Source of the DNA: Anaeramoeba ignava BMAN
Taxonomy: Eukaryota > Protista > Anaeramoebae
Length of the DNA stretch: 64,000 nt
Reading direction: 5' to 3'
NCBI GenBank assembly: GCA_028826165.1
Contig: JAPDFW010000022.1
Location: 566,758 to 630,757, forward strand
The notes under the pieces are model-generated. The model searched no databases. It saw only the letters and a program-made list of their open reading frames with translations, and was not told the DNA's origin. The position numbers and the translations under genes were made by a program. This document shows, piece after piece, positions 13,192 to 25,857 of this stretch. Numbering within the stretch: the stretch's first letter is position 1; each line of letters begins with the position of its first letter.

Positions 13192-15198
13192 ATGAGCAAA
13201 CGCTTCAATTACAAACAAAACAAAATGAATAAAAAATGGAAAACAAAAAAGAATTCAAAAAGAAATCCATTCAATTCAAATTACTCAAATCATATTCAAC
13301 AAAACCAAAAACAATATCCAAACAGAAGTCGGTTTCAATATCCAAACAGAAATTCACAAAATGAAAAAATACAAGAAGAAGTAAAAAAAGAAGAATTAAA
13401 AGAAGAATTAAAAGAAGAATTAAAAGAAGAATCAAAATCAATATCAAAAGAAAAATCAAAATCAAAATCAAAATCAAATAGTTTAACTGATTCAAATAAA
13501 ACTAGTTCAAATGAAGAAATAAGTGAAGATAGTGAAACAGATGAATATGAAAATGAAACAGAAGATCTAATTGAAATTAAAAATGAAAATCAAACAATAT
13601 TTAAAGAAAAATTGATAAACGATTTCCAAAATTTATTTGAAAATGAAAATAATAATTATTCTGATTTTATTATCAAATCTGGAAAAAAATCATTTCAATT
13701 TAATTCTCATAAATCAATTTTATCTTTTCGTTCTCCTTATTTTGCTCTTCTTCTCAAAGAACAATTGAATCAAATTGAATTTCTTGAAATTAGAAAACCA
13801 ATTATGAAGAAAATCTTGAAATATATTTATACAAGTCAAATTCAAATTTCTAAATCAGAATTAATTGAAATGTGGATAGTTTCAAATCAATTTCAATTAA
13901 ATTCACTTTCTAAATTTATTGAAAATGAAATTATCAAAAATATTAATGAAAAAAATGTTTGTGATTATTTATCAGCAAATCAAAAAATGAAATCAAATCA
14001 ATTAGAAAATAAATGTTTGAAATTTATTATCAATAATTTCGATAAATTTATTCAACAAAATAATTTCTATTCATTTAATCAAGAACAAATGATTGCTTTA
14101 CTTGATAAATTAAATAAAAAAAAAACACAAATTGGAATTGAATTATTTGAAATGATTAAAAAATGGATTGAACGAAATGAACAAAAAAATAATAATGAAA
14201 TTACTGAAAATGATCAAAAAAAAAATCAAAAAAAAATTATTGAAGAATTAATATTAAAAATTGATATAAAATCAATTAAATCTCAACATCTTGAAAAAAT
14301 TCAACAAATGAATTTTCTTCCAAAATCTTTTGTAATCAAAATTCAAAAAATTCAAGAAGAATTTTCTCAAAAACAAATTGAAAAAATCCAAAAAGAAAAA
14401 GAAGAAATTATTCAAAAAGAAAAAAAGCAAAATGAAATTATCCAAAAAATTGAGAATGAAAAAAAAGAAAAAGATAAAATTATCCAAAAAATCGAAAAAG
14501 AAAATCAAGAAATGAAACCAATTTATGAAGAAATGAAACCAATTTATGAAGAAGAAATGAAATTAAATAAAATATTTGGCAAATCCAAAATTATTAAAGA
14601 AATTAAATTTATGAGAAAATTAAAAGAATGGATTCAAAATGAAGAATTTTTTAATAAAATGAAAATTGGATTTTCATGTCAAAAAGATGGATTTTCATCA
14701 CAAACATTTCATTCTAAATGTGATAATAAAGGGAAAACATTAATAATTATTCAAACAACTAATAAATATATATTTGGAGGATTTACAGAAATTGGATTTA
14801 TTTCAGGTTCAAATAGATATATTAAAGATTCAAATGCTTTTATTTTCAGTTTAAAAAATCCAAAAAATAATATTCCACAAAAATTTGAAATTCAAAAAGG
14901 AAAAGAAGGTTATGCAATTCTTTATACCAAAAATGATGGTCCAAGATTTGGTCAATATCAGAAAAATGAAAATTCTAATTACTATCCTCATAATTATTTC
15001 CATAATTATTCCCATTCAGAGCAAGAAAAAAAATATGATATTCGGATTAAATCAGATTTAAAAAGTGGAAATACAGATTTTGGAGCAACATATTCTCTTC
15101 CAAATGGATTAAAACATGGAACAAATGAAGCAAAAAGTTATTTAGCAGGATCTTATAAAAATTGGAAAATTGAAGAAATGGAAATTTATTTTATTTAA
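13192..15198 (+). CDS. BTB-(BACK-like)-coiled coil-TLDc protein, tandem copy 3 (intact, 668 aa)
   Basis: Uninterrupted ORF with SDFII..HKSILSFRSPYF BTB and a C-terminal TLDc ending WKIEEMEIYFI; TCATTTT ~30 nt upstream. Confidence 0.92.
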   Translation: MSKRFNYKQNKMNKKWKTKKNSKRNPFNSNYSNHIQQNQKQYPNRSRFQYPNRNSQNEKIQEEVKKEELKEELKEELKEESKSISKEKSKSKSKSNSLTDSNKTSSNEEISEDSETDEYENETEDLIEIKNENQTIFKEKLINDFQNLFENENNNYSDFIIKSGKKSFQFNSHKSILSFRSPYFALLLKEQLNQIEFLEIRKPIMKKILKYIYTSQIQISKSELIEMWIVSNQFQLNSLSKFIENEIIKNINEKNVCDYLSANQKMKSNQLENKCLKFIINNFDKFIQQNNFYSFNQEQMIALLDKLNKKKTQIGIELFEMIKKWIERNEQKNNNEITENDQKKNQKKIIEELILKIDIKSIKSQHLEKIQQMNFLPKSFVIKIQKIQEEFSQKQIEKIQKEKEEIIQKEKKQNEIIQKIENEKKEKDKIIQKIEKENQEMKPIYEEMKPIYEEEMKLNKIFGKSKIIKEIKFMRKLKEWIQNEEFFNKMKIGFSCQKDGFSSQTFHSKCDNKGKTLIIIQTTNKYIFGGFTEIGFISGSNRYIKDSNAFIFSLKNPKNNIPQKFEIQKGKEGYAILYTKNDGPRFGQYQKNENSNYYPHNYFHNYSHSEQEKKYDIRIKSDLKSGNTDFGATYSLPNGLKHGTNEAKSYLAGSYKNWKIEEMEIYFI

Positions 15199-15483
15199 TT
15201 TAATTTCTTTTCCTAAATATTTTCTTTTTTAATCTTTTTATTTTTTCTTTTTTAAAATTTTAATTCTAATTTTAATTTTAATTTTAATTCTAATTCTAAT
15301 TTTAATTTTAATTTTAATTTTAATTTTAATTTTAATTTTAAAAAAAAAAACAAAATTTTTTTTTCATTTTTTTTTTCATTTTTTTTCTTTCAAATTTAAA
15401 AATATCCACTTTTTTTTAAATTCATTTTTTTCTTTAAATAATAATAAAAAATAAACAAATACTTCAATTACAAACAAAACAAA

Positions 15484-17393
15484 ATGAATAAAAAAGAAAA
15501 AACAAAATCAAAAAGAATTCACAAATAAATCCATCCAATTCAAGTGATTCAGAAGATTCAAATGAAGAAATAAGTGAAGATAGTGAAACAGAAAAAGATG
15601 AAATAAAAAAAAAATCAAAATCAAAATCAAAATCAAAATCAAAATCAAAATCAAAATCAATATCAAAATCAATATCAAAATCAATATCAAAATCAAAATC
15701 AATATCAAAATCAAAATCAAAATCAAAATCAAATAGTTTAACTGATTCAAATAAAACTAGTTCAAATGAAGAAATAAGTGAAGATAGTGAAACAGATGAA
15801 TATGAAAATGAAAAAGAAGATCTAATTGAAATTAAAAATGAAAATCAAACAATATTTAAAGAAAAATTCATAAACGATTTCCAAAATTTATTTGAAAATG
15901 AAAATAATAATTATTCTGATTTTATTATCAAATCTGGAAAAGAATCATTTCAATTTAATTCTCATAAATCAATTTTATCTTTTCGTTCTCCTTATTTTGC
16001 TCTTCTTTTCAAAGAAAAATTAATAAATCAAATTGAATTTCTTGAAATTAGAAAACCAATTATGAAGAAAATCTTGAAATATATTTATACAAGTCAAATT
16101 CAAATTTCTAAATCAGAATTAATTGAAATGTTGATAGTTTCAAATCAATTTCAATTAAATTCACTTTCCAAATTTATTGAAAATGAAATTATCAAAAATA
16201 TTAATGAAAAAAATGTTTGTGATTATTTATTAACAAATCAAAAAATGAAATCAAATCAATTAGAAAATGAATGTTTGAAATTTATTATTGATAATTTTGA
16301 TAAATTTATTCAACAAAATAATTTCTATTCATTTAATCAAGAACAAATGATTGCTTTACTTGATAAATTAAATAAAAAAACACAAATTGGAATTGAATTA
16401 TTTGAAATGATTAAAAAATGGATTGAACGAAATGAACAAAAAAATAATAATGAAATTACTGAAAATGATCAAAAAAAAAATCAAAAAAAAATTATTGAAG
16501 AATTAATATTAAAAATTGATATAAAATCAATTAAATCTCAACATCTTGAAAAAATTCAACAAATGAATTTTCTTCCAAAATCTTTTGTAATCAAAACTCA
16601 AAAAATTCAAGAAGAGTTTTCTCAAAAACAAATTGAAAAAATCCAAAAAGAAAAAGAAGAAATTATTCAAAAAGAAAAAAAGCAAAATGAAATTATCCAA
16701 AAAATTGAGAATGAAAAAAAAGAAAAAGATAAAATTATCCAAAAAATCGAAAAAGAAAATCAAGAAATGAAACCAATTTACCAAAAAATGAAACCAATTT
16801 ATGAAGAAATGAAATTGAATAAAATATTTGGCAAATCCAAAATTATTAAAGAAATTAAATTTATGAGAAAATTAAAAGAATGGATTCAAAATGAAGAATT
16901 TTTTAATAAAATGAAAATTGGATTTTCATGTCAAAAAGATGGATTTTCATCACAAACATTTCATTCTAAATGTGATAATAAAGGGAAAACATTAATAATT
17001 ATTCAAACAACTAATAAATATATATTTGGAGGATTTACAGAAATTGGATTTATTTCAGGTTCAAATAGATATATTAAAGATTCAAATGCTTTTATTTTCA
17101 GTTTAAAAAATCCAAAAAATGATATTCCACAAAAATTTGAAATTCAAAAAGGAAAAGAAGATTATGCAATTCGTTATACAAAAGATGATGGTCCAATATT
17201 TGGTCAATATCAAGAAAACTACTATGATAATGATATTTGGATTAATTCAGATTTAAAAAGTGGAAATACAGATTTTGGAGCAACATATTCTCTTCCAAAT
17301 GGATTAAAACATGGAACAAATGAAGCAAAAAGTTATTTAGCAGGATCTTATAAAAATTGGAAAATTGAAGAAATGGAAATTTATTTTATTTAA
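15484..17393 (+). CDS. BTB-TLDc protein, tandem copy 4 (one A-run frameshift at ~15510)
   Basis: ATG 15484. It has A5 where copy 5 has A6; downstream codons are in frame with ORF 16062..17393. Confidence 0.85.
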
Positions 17394-17677
17394 TTTAATT
17401 TCTTTTCCTAAATATTTTCTTTTTTAAAATTTTAATTCTAATTTTAATTCTAATTCTAATTTTAATTTTAATTTTAATTTTAATTTTAATTCTAATTTTA
17501 ATTTTAATTTTAATTTTAATTTTAATTTTAAAAAAAAAAACAAAATTATTTTTTTTTCATTTTTTTTTTCATTTTTTTTCTTTCAAATTTAAAAATATCC
17601 ACTTTTTTTTAAATTCATTTTTTTTCTTTAAATAATAATAAAAAATAAGCAAACACTTCATTTACAAACAAAACAAA

Positions 17678-19595
17678 ATGAATAAAAAATCAAAAGAAAA
17701 ATCAAAAAAGAATTCACAAATAAATCCATCCAATTCAAGTGATTCAGAAGATTCAAATGAAGAAATAAGTGAAGATAGTGAAACAGAAAAAGATGAAATA
17801 AAAAAAAAATCAAAATCAAAATCAAAATCAAAATCAAAATCAAAATCAAAATCAAAATCAAAATCAAAATCAAAATCAAAATCAAAATCAAAATCAATAT
17901 CAAAATCAATATCAATATCAAAATCAAATAGTTTAACTGATTCAAATAAAACTAGTTCAAATGAAGAAATAAGTGAAGATAGTGAAACAGATGAATATGA
18001 AAATGAAAAAGAAGATCTAATTGAAATTAAAAATGAAAATCAAAAAATATTTAAAGAAAAATTCATAAATGATTTCCAAAATTTATTTGAAAATGAAAAT
18101 AATAATTATTCTGATTTTATTATCAAATCTGGAAAAGAATCATTTCAATTTAATTCTCATAAATCAATTTTATCTTTTCGTTCTCCTTATTTTGCTCTTC
18201 TTTTCAAAGAAAAATTAATAAATCAAATTGAATTTCCTGAAATTAGAAAACCAATTATGAAGAAAATATTGAAATATATTTATACAAGTCAAATTCAAAT
18301 TTCTAAATCAGAATTAATTGAAATGTTGATAGTTTCAAATCAATTTCAATTAAATTTACTTTCCAAATTTATTGAAAATGAAATTATCAAAAATATTAAT
18401 GAAAAAAATGTTTGTGATTATTTATCAAACAAATCAAAAAATGAAATCAAATCAATTAGAAAATGAATGTTTGAAATTTATTATTGATAATTTTGATAAA
18501 TTTATTCAACAAAATAATACATTTAAATTAACAAAAAAACAAATGAAATATGTTATTGAAAAAGGAACAATCAAATTCAAAAAAATTGGAATTGAATTAT
18601 TTGAAATGATTGAAAAATGGATTAAAGAAAATGAACAAAAAAATAATGATAAAATTAATCAAAATATCCAAAAAGAAAAATTCAATAAAATTATTGAAGA
18701 ATTTATTCCAAAAATTAATATTAAATGTTTAAAAAACAAAACATTAAAACAAATTAAAAAAATTGAATTTCTTCCAAATATATTTTTAATTGGAATTGAA
18801 AATCTTCGAAATGAAAGAATTTATCAAAAACAAAAACTTGAGAATGAAAAAAAAGAAAAAGATGAAATTATCCAAAAAATCCAAAAAGAAAATCAAGAAA
18901 TGAAACCAATTTATGAAGAAATGAAATCAATTTATAAAGAAAAAATGGAATTAAACAAAATATTTGAAGAATCCAAAATTATTAAAGAAATTGAATTTAT
19001 GAAAAAATTAAAAGAATGGATTCAAAATGAATTTTTTAATAAAATGAAAATTGGATTTTCATGTCAAAAAGATGGATTTTCATCACAAACATTTCATTCT
19101 AAATGTGATAATAAAGGGAAAACATTAATAATTATTCAAACAACTGATAAATATATATTTGGAGGATTTACAGAAATTGGATTTATTTCAGGTTCAAATA
19201 GATATATTAAAGATTCAAATGCTTTTATTTTCAGTTTAAAAAATCCAAAAAATGATATTCCACAAAAATTTGAAATTCAAAAAGGAAAAGAAGGTTATGC
19301 AATTTGTTATACCAAAAATGATGGTCCAAGATTTGGTCAATATCAGAAAAATGAAAATTCTAATTACTATTTCCATAATTATTCCCATAATTATTCCCAT
19401 AATTATTCCCATTCAGAGCAAGAAAAAAAATATGATATTCGGATTAAATCAGATTTAAAAAGTGGAAATACAGATTTTGGAGCAACATATTCTCTTCCAA
19501 ATGGATTAAAACATGGAACAAATGAAGCAAAAAGTTATTTAACAGGATCTTATAAAAATTGGAAAATTGAAGAAATGGAAATTTATTTTATTTAA
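17678..19595 (+). CDS. BTB-TLDc protein, tandem copy 5 (one +1 frameshift at ~18430)
   Basis: ORFs 17678..18466 and 18372..19595 together match copy 3's architecture. Confidence 0.85.
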
Positions 19596-19680
19596 ATCAA
19601 TTTCTTTTCCTAAATATTTTCTTTTTTAATCTTTTTATTTTTTCTTTTTTAAAATTTCAAAAAAAAATAACAAATTTTTT

Positions 19681-20044
19681 TTAATTTTGATTAAGGTTTT
19701 TATTAAGAAATTCTTCTCTTAAAGTTTTTTGAGAAACTGAAGAACGAATTACAACAGAAGAATTATATTTCCCAAATTCATTTGTATTTTTTTTAAGAGT
19801 AAAATCATGACCAAGAGAATCAAGTTTGTTTTTCTTTGAACTTGAAGATTGAGTTTGAAAAGAATAAGCTATTTTTAAAAGAAAATTAATTTTGAAAAGA
19901 AAATTTTTTTTTATTTTAACGTTTTTATTATTTTTAAAAAAAGCAAATTTTTTTTTATTCACTTTTTGAAACAAAAGACGGTTCATTTGATTTAAAAGTT
20001 ATAGGAGATGAATTTCCTCTTAATAAATCATAAGCAGCTTGCAT
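19681..20044 (-). CDS. Small hypothetical protein, ~89 aa (exons 20044-19963, 19868-19681)
   Basis: TTTTCATT upstream (~20090), ATG 20044, donor GTGAAT 19962, acceptor TAG 19871-19869. The phase-1 join gives MQAAYDLLRGNSSPITFKSNEPSFVSKTYSFQTQ...NLNQN. Confidence 0.55.
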
Positions 20045-20180
20045 TTGAAAAGAAAGAAAATAATATTTAAAAAAAATCAAAAAAAAAAAATGAAAAATTT
20101 ATTTTGGAAATTTTTTCAAAAGTAAAAAAAAATTTTTTGATTTAAAAAAGAAAAAAGCAAAAAAGAGAAAAAGAAAAAGC

Positions 20181-21433
20181 TTATTTGATTCCGATTTTGT
20201 TTAAAACTTGAGACATAATTTGAATATCACGAAGATCTTTTCTCAAAATTTTAATAGAAAATTCTAAACCTTTTTGTTGTTGACTTAAGATGTCAAAAAT
20301 AGTTTCTTTGCTTTCAGTATCCAAATCCAAGTCTTTAAAAAGCAATTCAGCAGTAGGTTGATTTGCGAGATTTTCCTCAATCATTTTTGCGCGGGGGATC
20401 AATTGATTTAGTTTCCCTCTGAATTTATCCGGTTTATTAAGTTCTTTTTCAATGAGTTGCAATTTATTTCTAAAATTTTCTTCTTCTTCAGAAAAAGGTG
20501 TTTCGCCTCTTTTTAAAACCTCGAGTTTGGATAAAACCCGAAGCAGTTTATGGGATAATTTGACCTGTCTTTCTTGGCAAAGTTGATATTTTTGCTTCAA
20601 ATTAAATTCATTGTTTGTTTTGAGTTCATTTATTAATTCACTTAAATTTTCAAGTTCTTTTTTTTGTAAATCAATCGATGATTTTTGCTGTTCTGTTCGT
20701 GTTTTTAAGTCTTGGAACCCTGAAATTTGAATAGGAACTAATCGTTCTGGATCTGGATTGTTTTGTAATGAATAATTCCATAGTGTTTCATCCATATTGT
20801 CTGGTTTTTGATACTCAACTTCTTTTGATTGATCGCGAACGTTGTAAAGTATGTATTTAAATGGATAGTTTTGGTTCATCGGTTCAAGTAATTGAACAAT
20901 TTGATCAAGTTCTTCTGTAATTGTTGTTGGTTGATTTGAAATCAAATTTTGATTTTGATTTTGATTTTGATTTTGATTTTGGTTTTGGTTTTGATTTTGA
21001 TTTTGATTTTGGTTTTGGTTTTGATTTGAAAATAAACTTGGTTTATTTTGGTTTTGATTTTGGTTTGAAAATAAACTTGGTTTATTTTGATTTTGATTTT
21101 GATTTGAAAATAAACTTGGTTTGTTTTTGGATTTTGGTTTTGATTTGAAAATAAACTTGGTTTATTTTGGTTTTGATTTTGATTTTGATTTGAAAATAAA
21201 CTTGGTTTATTTTGATTTTGGTTTGAAAATAAACTTGGTTTATTTTGATTTTGATTTTGATTTGAAAATAAACTTGGTTTATTTTGGTTTTGATTTTGGT
21301 TTTGGTTTGAAAATAAACTTGTTTTATTTTGGTTTTGGTTTTGGTTTGAAAATAAACTTGGTTTGTTTTGGTTTTTTTGATTTGAAAATAAACTTGTTCT
21401 TTTTTGATCAGAAAATGATTGTGAACGATTCAT
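20181..21433 (-). CDS. NUP54: Nucleoporin Nup54/Nup57 homolog (frame break at ~21130 in the repeat region)
   Basis: FKYILYN..KP..MDETLW..NNPDPERLVPIQISGFQDLKTR followed by coiled coils matches the Nup54 domain. The N-terminus carries 10 SLFS repeats in NQ spacers. Confidence 0.85.
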
Positions 21434-21558
21434 TATTAAAAAAGGAAAAAAATGAAAAAAATGAAAAAAATGAAAAATTAAAAATTAAATTTTTTTTTCA
21501 TTTTTTTTCTCTTTTTCTTTAGTTTATTACAAAAAGAAAAAATATAAAGAAATTTATA

Positions 21559-24500
21559 ATGAAAAAAGTAAATTTAAAAAATTAAAAAAATTTGTTTTAT
21601 TATTTTTATAAACAACAAAATTGAATAAATAAAAATAAAACAAAACAAAATAAAACAAAATAAAACAAAATAAAATATAAATAAATATAAATAGTTTATT
21701 GCTTTTATTGGTTTATTATTTTTGATTTACAATTCATTTGCAGATGAATCAACATATTATCCAGGTTATTCATTATCAAATGTTCAACAAAATTCAGGAG
21801 GATTTACAGGTGATTTAACAATGATTTCACCAGGACCTTATGGTGATGATATTCCCAATTTATCACTTAATGTTGAATATCAAACAGAAACAAGAGTAAG
21901 AATTAAAATTTATGATCCAAATAATGCAAGATGGGAAGGTAATTAATTATTAATTATTTTTATTTTTAATTTTTAATTTTAATTTTAGTTTAATTTTCAA
22001 AATTTCCAATTCCAAATTTTTAATTTTTAAAATAGTTCCTAAAATCAAATTAATTCAAATCAAATCAAATTTAAATCAAATTAAATTAAATCAAATTAAA
22101 TTAAATCAAAGGTTTATTAATTTTTAAATTAAATTTGAATGAATCAAATCAAATCAAATCAAATCAAATCAAATTAAATTAAATCAAATTAAATCAAATA
22201 AATTAAATTAAATCAAACTAAATCAATTTAAATTAAATTAAATCAAATCAAATAAAATCAAAATTAAATCAAAAATTAAATTAAATCAAATTAAATTAAA
22301 TTAAATCAAATTAAATTAAATTAAAATCAAATTAAATTAAATTAAATTAAATAAATCAAATCAAATAAATCAAATTAAATTAAATCAAATTAAATTAAAT
22401 TAAATCAAATTAAATTAAATCAAATAAATCAAATTAAATAAATTAATCAATAAAATCAAATTAAATCAATTAAATCAATTAAATCAAATAAATCAAATAA
22501 ATCAATTAAATCAAATAAATCAAATCAAACTAAATAAATCAAATTAAATCAAACCAAATTTTGGAATTATGTTATTAGAGAATTAAACAATGAAGTTTTA
22601 TTCAATACAACACCACCTGATACTCATGATTATAATGGATTAATTTTTGAAAATTTATATATTGAAATTAATTCTAAAACAGCAAAAAATCCAAATATTT
22701 ATGGATTAGGAGAAAGAATTTATGATTTTAAACTCAATACTTCAAATCATACTTATGTTATGTTTACAAAAGGTTTTTTTTTAAAATATTCATTCAAAAC
22801 AATATATTTATTTAAAACAAAATATTTATTTAAAACAATATATTTACTTAAAACAAAATATTTATTTAAAACATTAAAAAGATAATGGAAATGAAGAAGA
22901 TGTTAATTTATATGGAGTTCATCCATTTTATATTGAATTAAGAGAAGAAACACATCTTTTTCATGGAGTTTTTATATTAAATTCCAATGCAATGGATGTA
23001 ACATTAAATCCAGATCATTTAACTTATAGAACAATTGGAGGAATTTTAGATATTTACATTTTTACAGGAGTTTCAATCGATGATGTTATTTCACAGTATT
23101 AATAAATTTAATAATTAGAATAATAAATCAATTTTAATTAAAATAAATAAATAAATAAATAAAAAAGATATACTGATTTAGTTGGAAAACCTCCTATGAT
23201 TCCATATTTTGCACTTGGATTTCATCAATGCAGGTAAAATATTAAAATATTAAAATATCAAAATATAAAAATATCAAAATATAAAAATATAAAAATATAA
23301 AAATATTAAAATATAAAAATATTAAAAATATTAAAATATTAAAATATAAAAATATTAAAAATATTAAAATATTAAAATATTAAAATATTAAAATATTAAA
23401 ATATTAAAATATCCAAAATATTAAAATATTAAAATATCAAAAATATCCAAAATATTAAAATATTAAAATATTAAAATATTAAAATATTAAATATTAAAAT
23501 ATCAAAATATAAAAATATTAAAATATTAAATATTAAAAATATTAAAATATTAAAATATTAAAAATATTTAAAAATATTAAAATATTAAAATATTAAAATA
23601 TTAAAAATATTAAAATATTAAATATTAAAATATTAAAATATTAAAATATTAAAAAAATATTAAAATATTAAAATATCCAAAATATTAAAATATTAAAATA
23701 TAAAATATTAAAATATAAAATATTAAAAATATTAAAAATATTAAAATATTAAAATATTAAAATATTAAAATATTAAAATATTAAAATATTAAAATATTAA
23801 AATATTAAAATATAAAAATATTAAACTGTTAAAATATCCAAAATATTAAAAATATCCAAAATATTAAAATATTAAAAATATTAAAATATTAAAAATATTA
23901 AAATATTTAATATTAAAATATTAAAATATTAAAATATTAAAATATCCAAAATATCAAAATATTAAAATATTAAAATATTAAAATATAAAAATATTAAAAT
24001 ATCCAAAATATTAAAATATTAAAATATTAAAATATTAAAATATCAAAAATATTAAAATATTAATAATATTAAAATATCCAAAATATCAAAATATAAAAAT
24101 ATTAAAATATTAAAAATAAATAAAGATGGGGTTATAAAGATTTGGATGTATGCAAAACAGTTGTTGAACAATATAAAGCACATCAACTTCCACTTGATAC
24201 ATTTTGGATGGATATTGATTATATGGATGAACACAAAGATTTTACATTTGATCCAGTTAATTATCCACAAGAAGAAGTAAAAGAATTTGTTGAACAATTA
24301 CATGAAGACAATCAACATTACGTAATAATACTTGATCCAGGTATCAAAGTTGAAGAAGGATATGCACCATATGATGATGGAATAAGTGATGGAATATTCA
24401 TTATAAGTGCAGATACAAAATTACCTTATACAGCACCTGTTTGGCCAGGAGAATGCAACTTCCCAGACTTTACAAACCCAAAAACATATTCATATTGGTC

Positions 24501-25857
24501 TAAATTCATTCAACAAATCTTCGATGAAGGAATTATTCTTGATGGACTTTGGGTTGATATGAATGAATTAGTTACTTTTGATTCAAGTGAAGAATTAAGT
24601 GAATCAAGTGAATCAAAAAAAGTGGAACGTGATTCAATTAATTTACCTTATGTTCCTGGTGGAGTTAATCTTAATTATAGAACAGTTAATTTATCTGCAA
24701 TTCACAATACTTCGATTGCATTTAATCTTCATTCAATGTATGGATTTATGGAAGCAAAAGCAACAGCATCAATACTTACAGAAACCAAAAAGACAAGAAT
24801 ATTTGTGATTTCAAGATCAACATATGCAGGTCATGGACATCATGCTTTTCATTGGTTAGGAGATAATTATTCAACTTACAAATCAATGGCAACTTCAATT
24901 CAAGGTATTTTGAATATGAATATGTTTGGAATTCCACTTGTTGGTGCTGATATTTGTGGATTCTCAGGAAATACTACTGCTGAATTATGTGCAAGATGGA
25001 TTGAACTTGGTAGTTTTTATCCTTTTTCAAGAGATCATAATTCCATTGGAATGAAATCACAAGAACTTTATGCTTTGGGAGATCAAGTGACTAATATTTC
25101 AAGAAATGTTTTATTAAATCGATATTCATTAATTCCATATTATTACACTTTATTCTATTATTCACATGAAATTGGAACACCAATTTGGAGAGCATTAGTT
25201 TATGATTTTCCTGAAGATCCAAATACATATTCAATTGATAAACAATTTTTGGTTGGAAATGCATTATTAGTCACACCAGTTTTAGAAGAAGGAGCAACAA
25301 GTGTTGAAGGATATTTCCCTAATTCAGATTGGTATGATTATTGGAGTGGAGAAAAAATTCTAACTAAAAATTCAACATTAACATTTGGGAAGAATTTAAC
25401 ACTTGATGCACCACTTGATAAAATTAATGTTGCTATTAGAGGAGGATATATTATTCCTAAACAAGAACCAGCATTAACAACTGCAGAATCAAGAAATAAT
25501 AGTTTTGAACTTCTTGCTGCTATTGATTCTGAAACTGGTTCAGCTTCAGGAAAACTATTTTTTGATGATGGTATTTCTTTGGATACTTCACAGAATTCTT
25601 CAAGTTTGATTTTTGAATTGACTTATTTTTCAGGATTTTCTTATTTTGAAACTTATATTCTTGAATCCAATTATGATCTTCTTAATCATGTTTTATTGGA
25701 TAAAATGACTTTTTATGGAGTTGATAATATTACAACTTTATGGGTTAATAATATTAAATATCCATTTGAATATGATTCAACATTAAAAGTATTAAGAATC
25801 AAAGGATTAAATCTTTCTTTGAATGAAAGATTCCAAATAATTTGGAAAACAAATTAA
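21559..25857 (+). CDS. Secreted/lysosomal GH31 alpha-glucosidase, copy 1 (exon 3 and 5' end of exon 4 scrambled at ~21990-22570)
   Basis: MKK|FIAFIGLLFLIYNSFA signal peptide; LYGVHPFY, GFHQCRWGY, WMDIDYMD, LWVDMNE nucleophile, HWLGDN acid/base, GADICGF and PFSRDHN motifs. Large intron 23234-24125. Confidence 0.88.
23234..24125 (+). repeat. Intron composed of (AAAATATT)n; paralogous intron at 28203-29289
   Basis: The repeat begins at the donor (GTAAAATATTAAAATATT) and runs to the AAAG acceptor. Confidence 0.95.

Noticed and set aside
10530-19460. Diversity-generating retroelement as the cause of TLDc variation
   Set aside because: No reverse transcriptase or template repeat is in the window, and the changes are not adenine-restricted and include indels.
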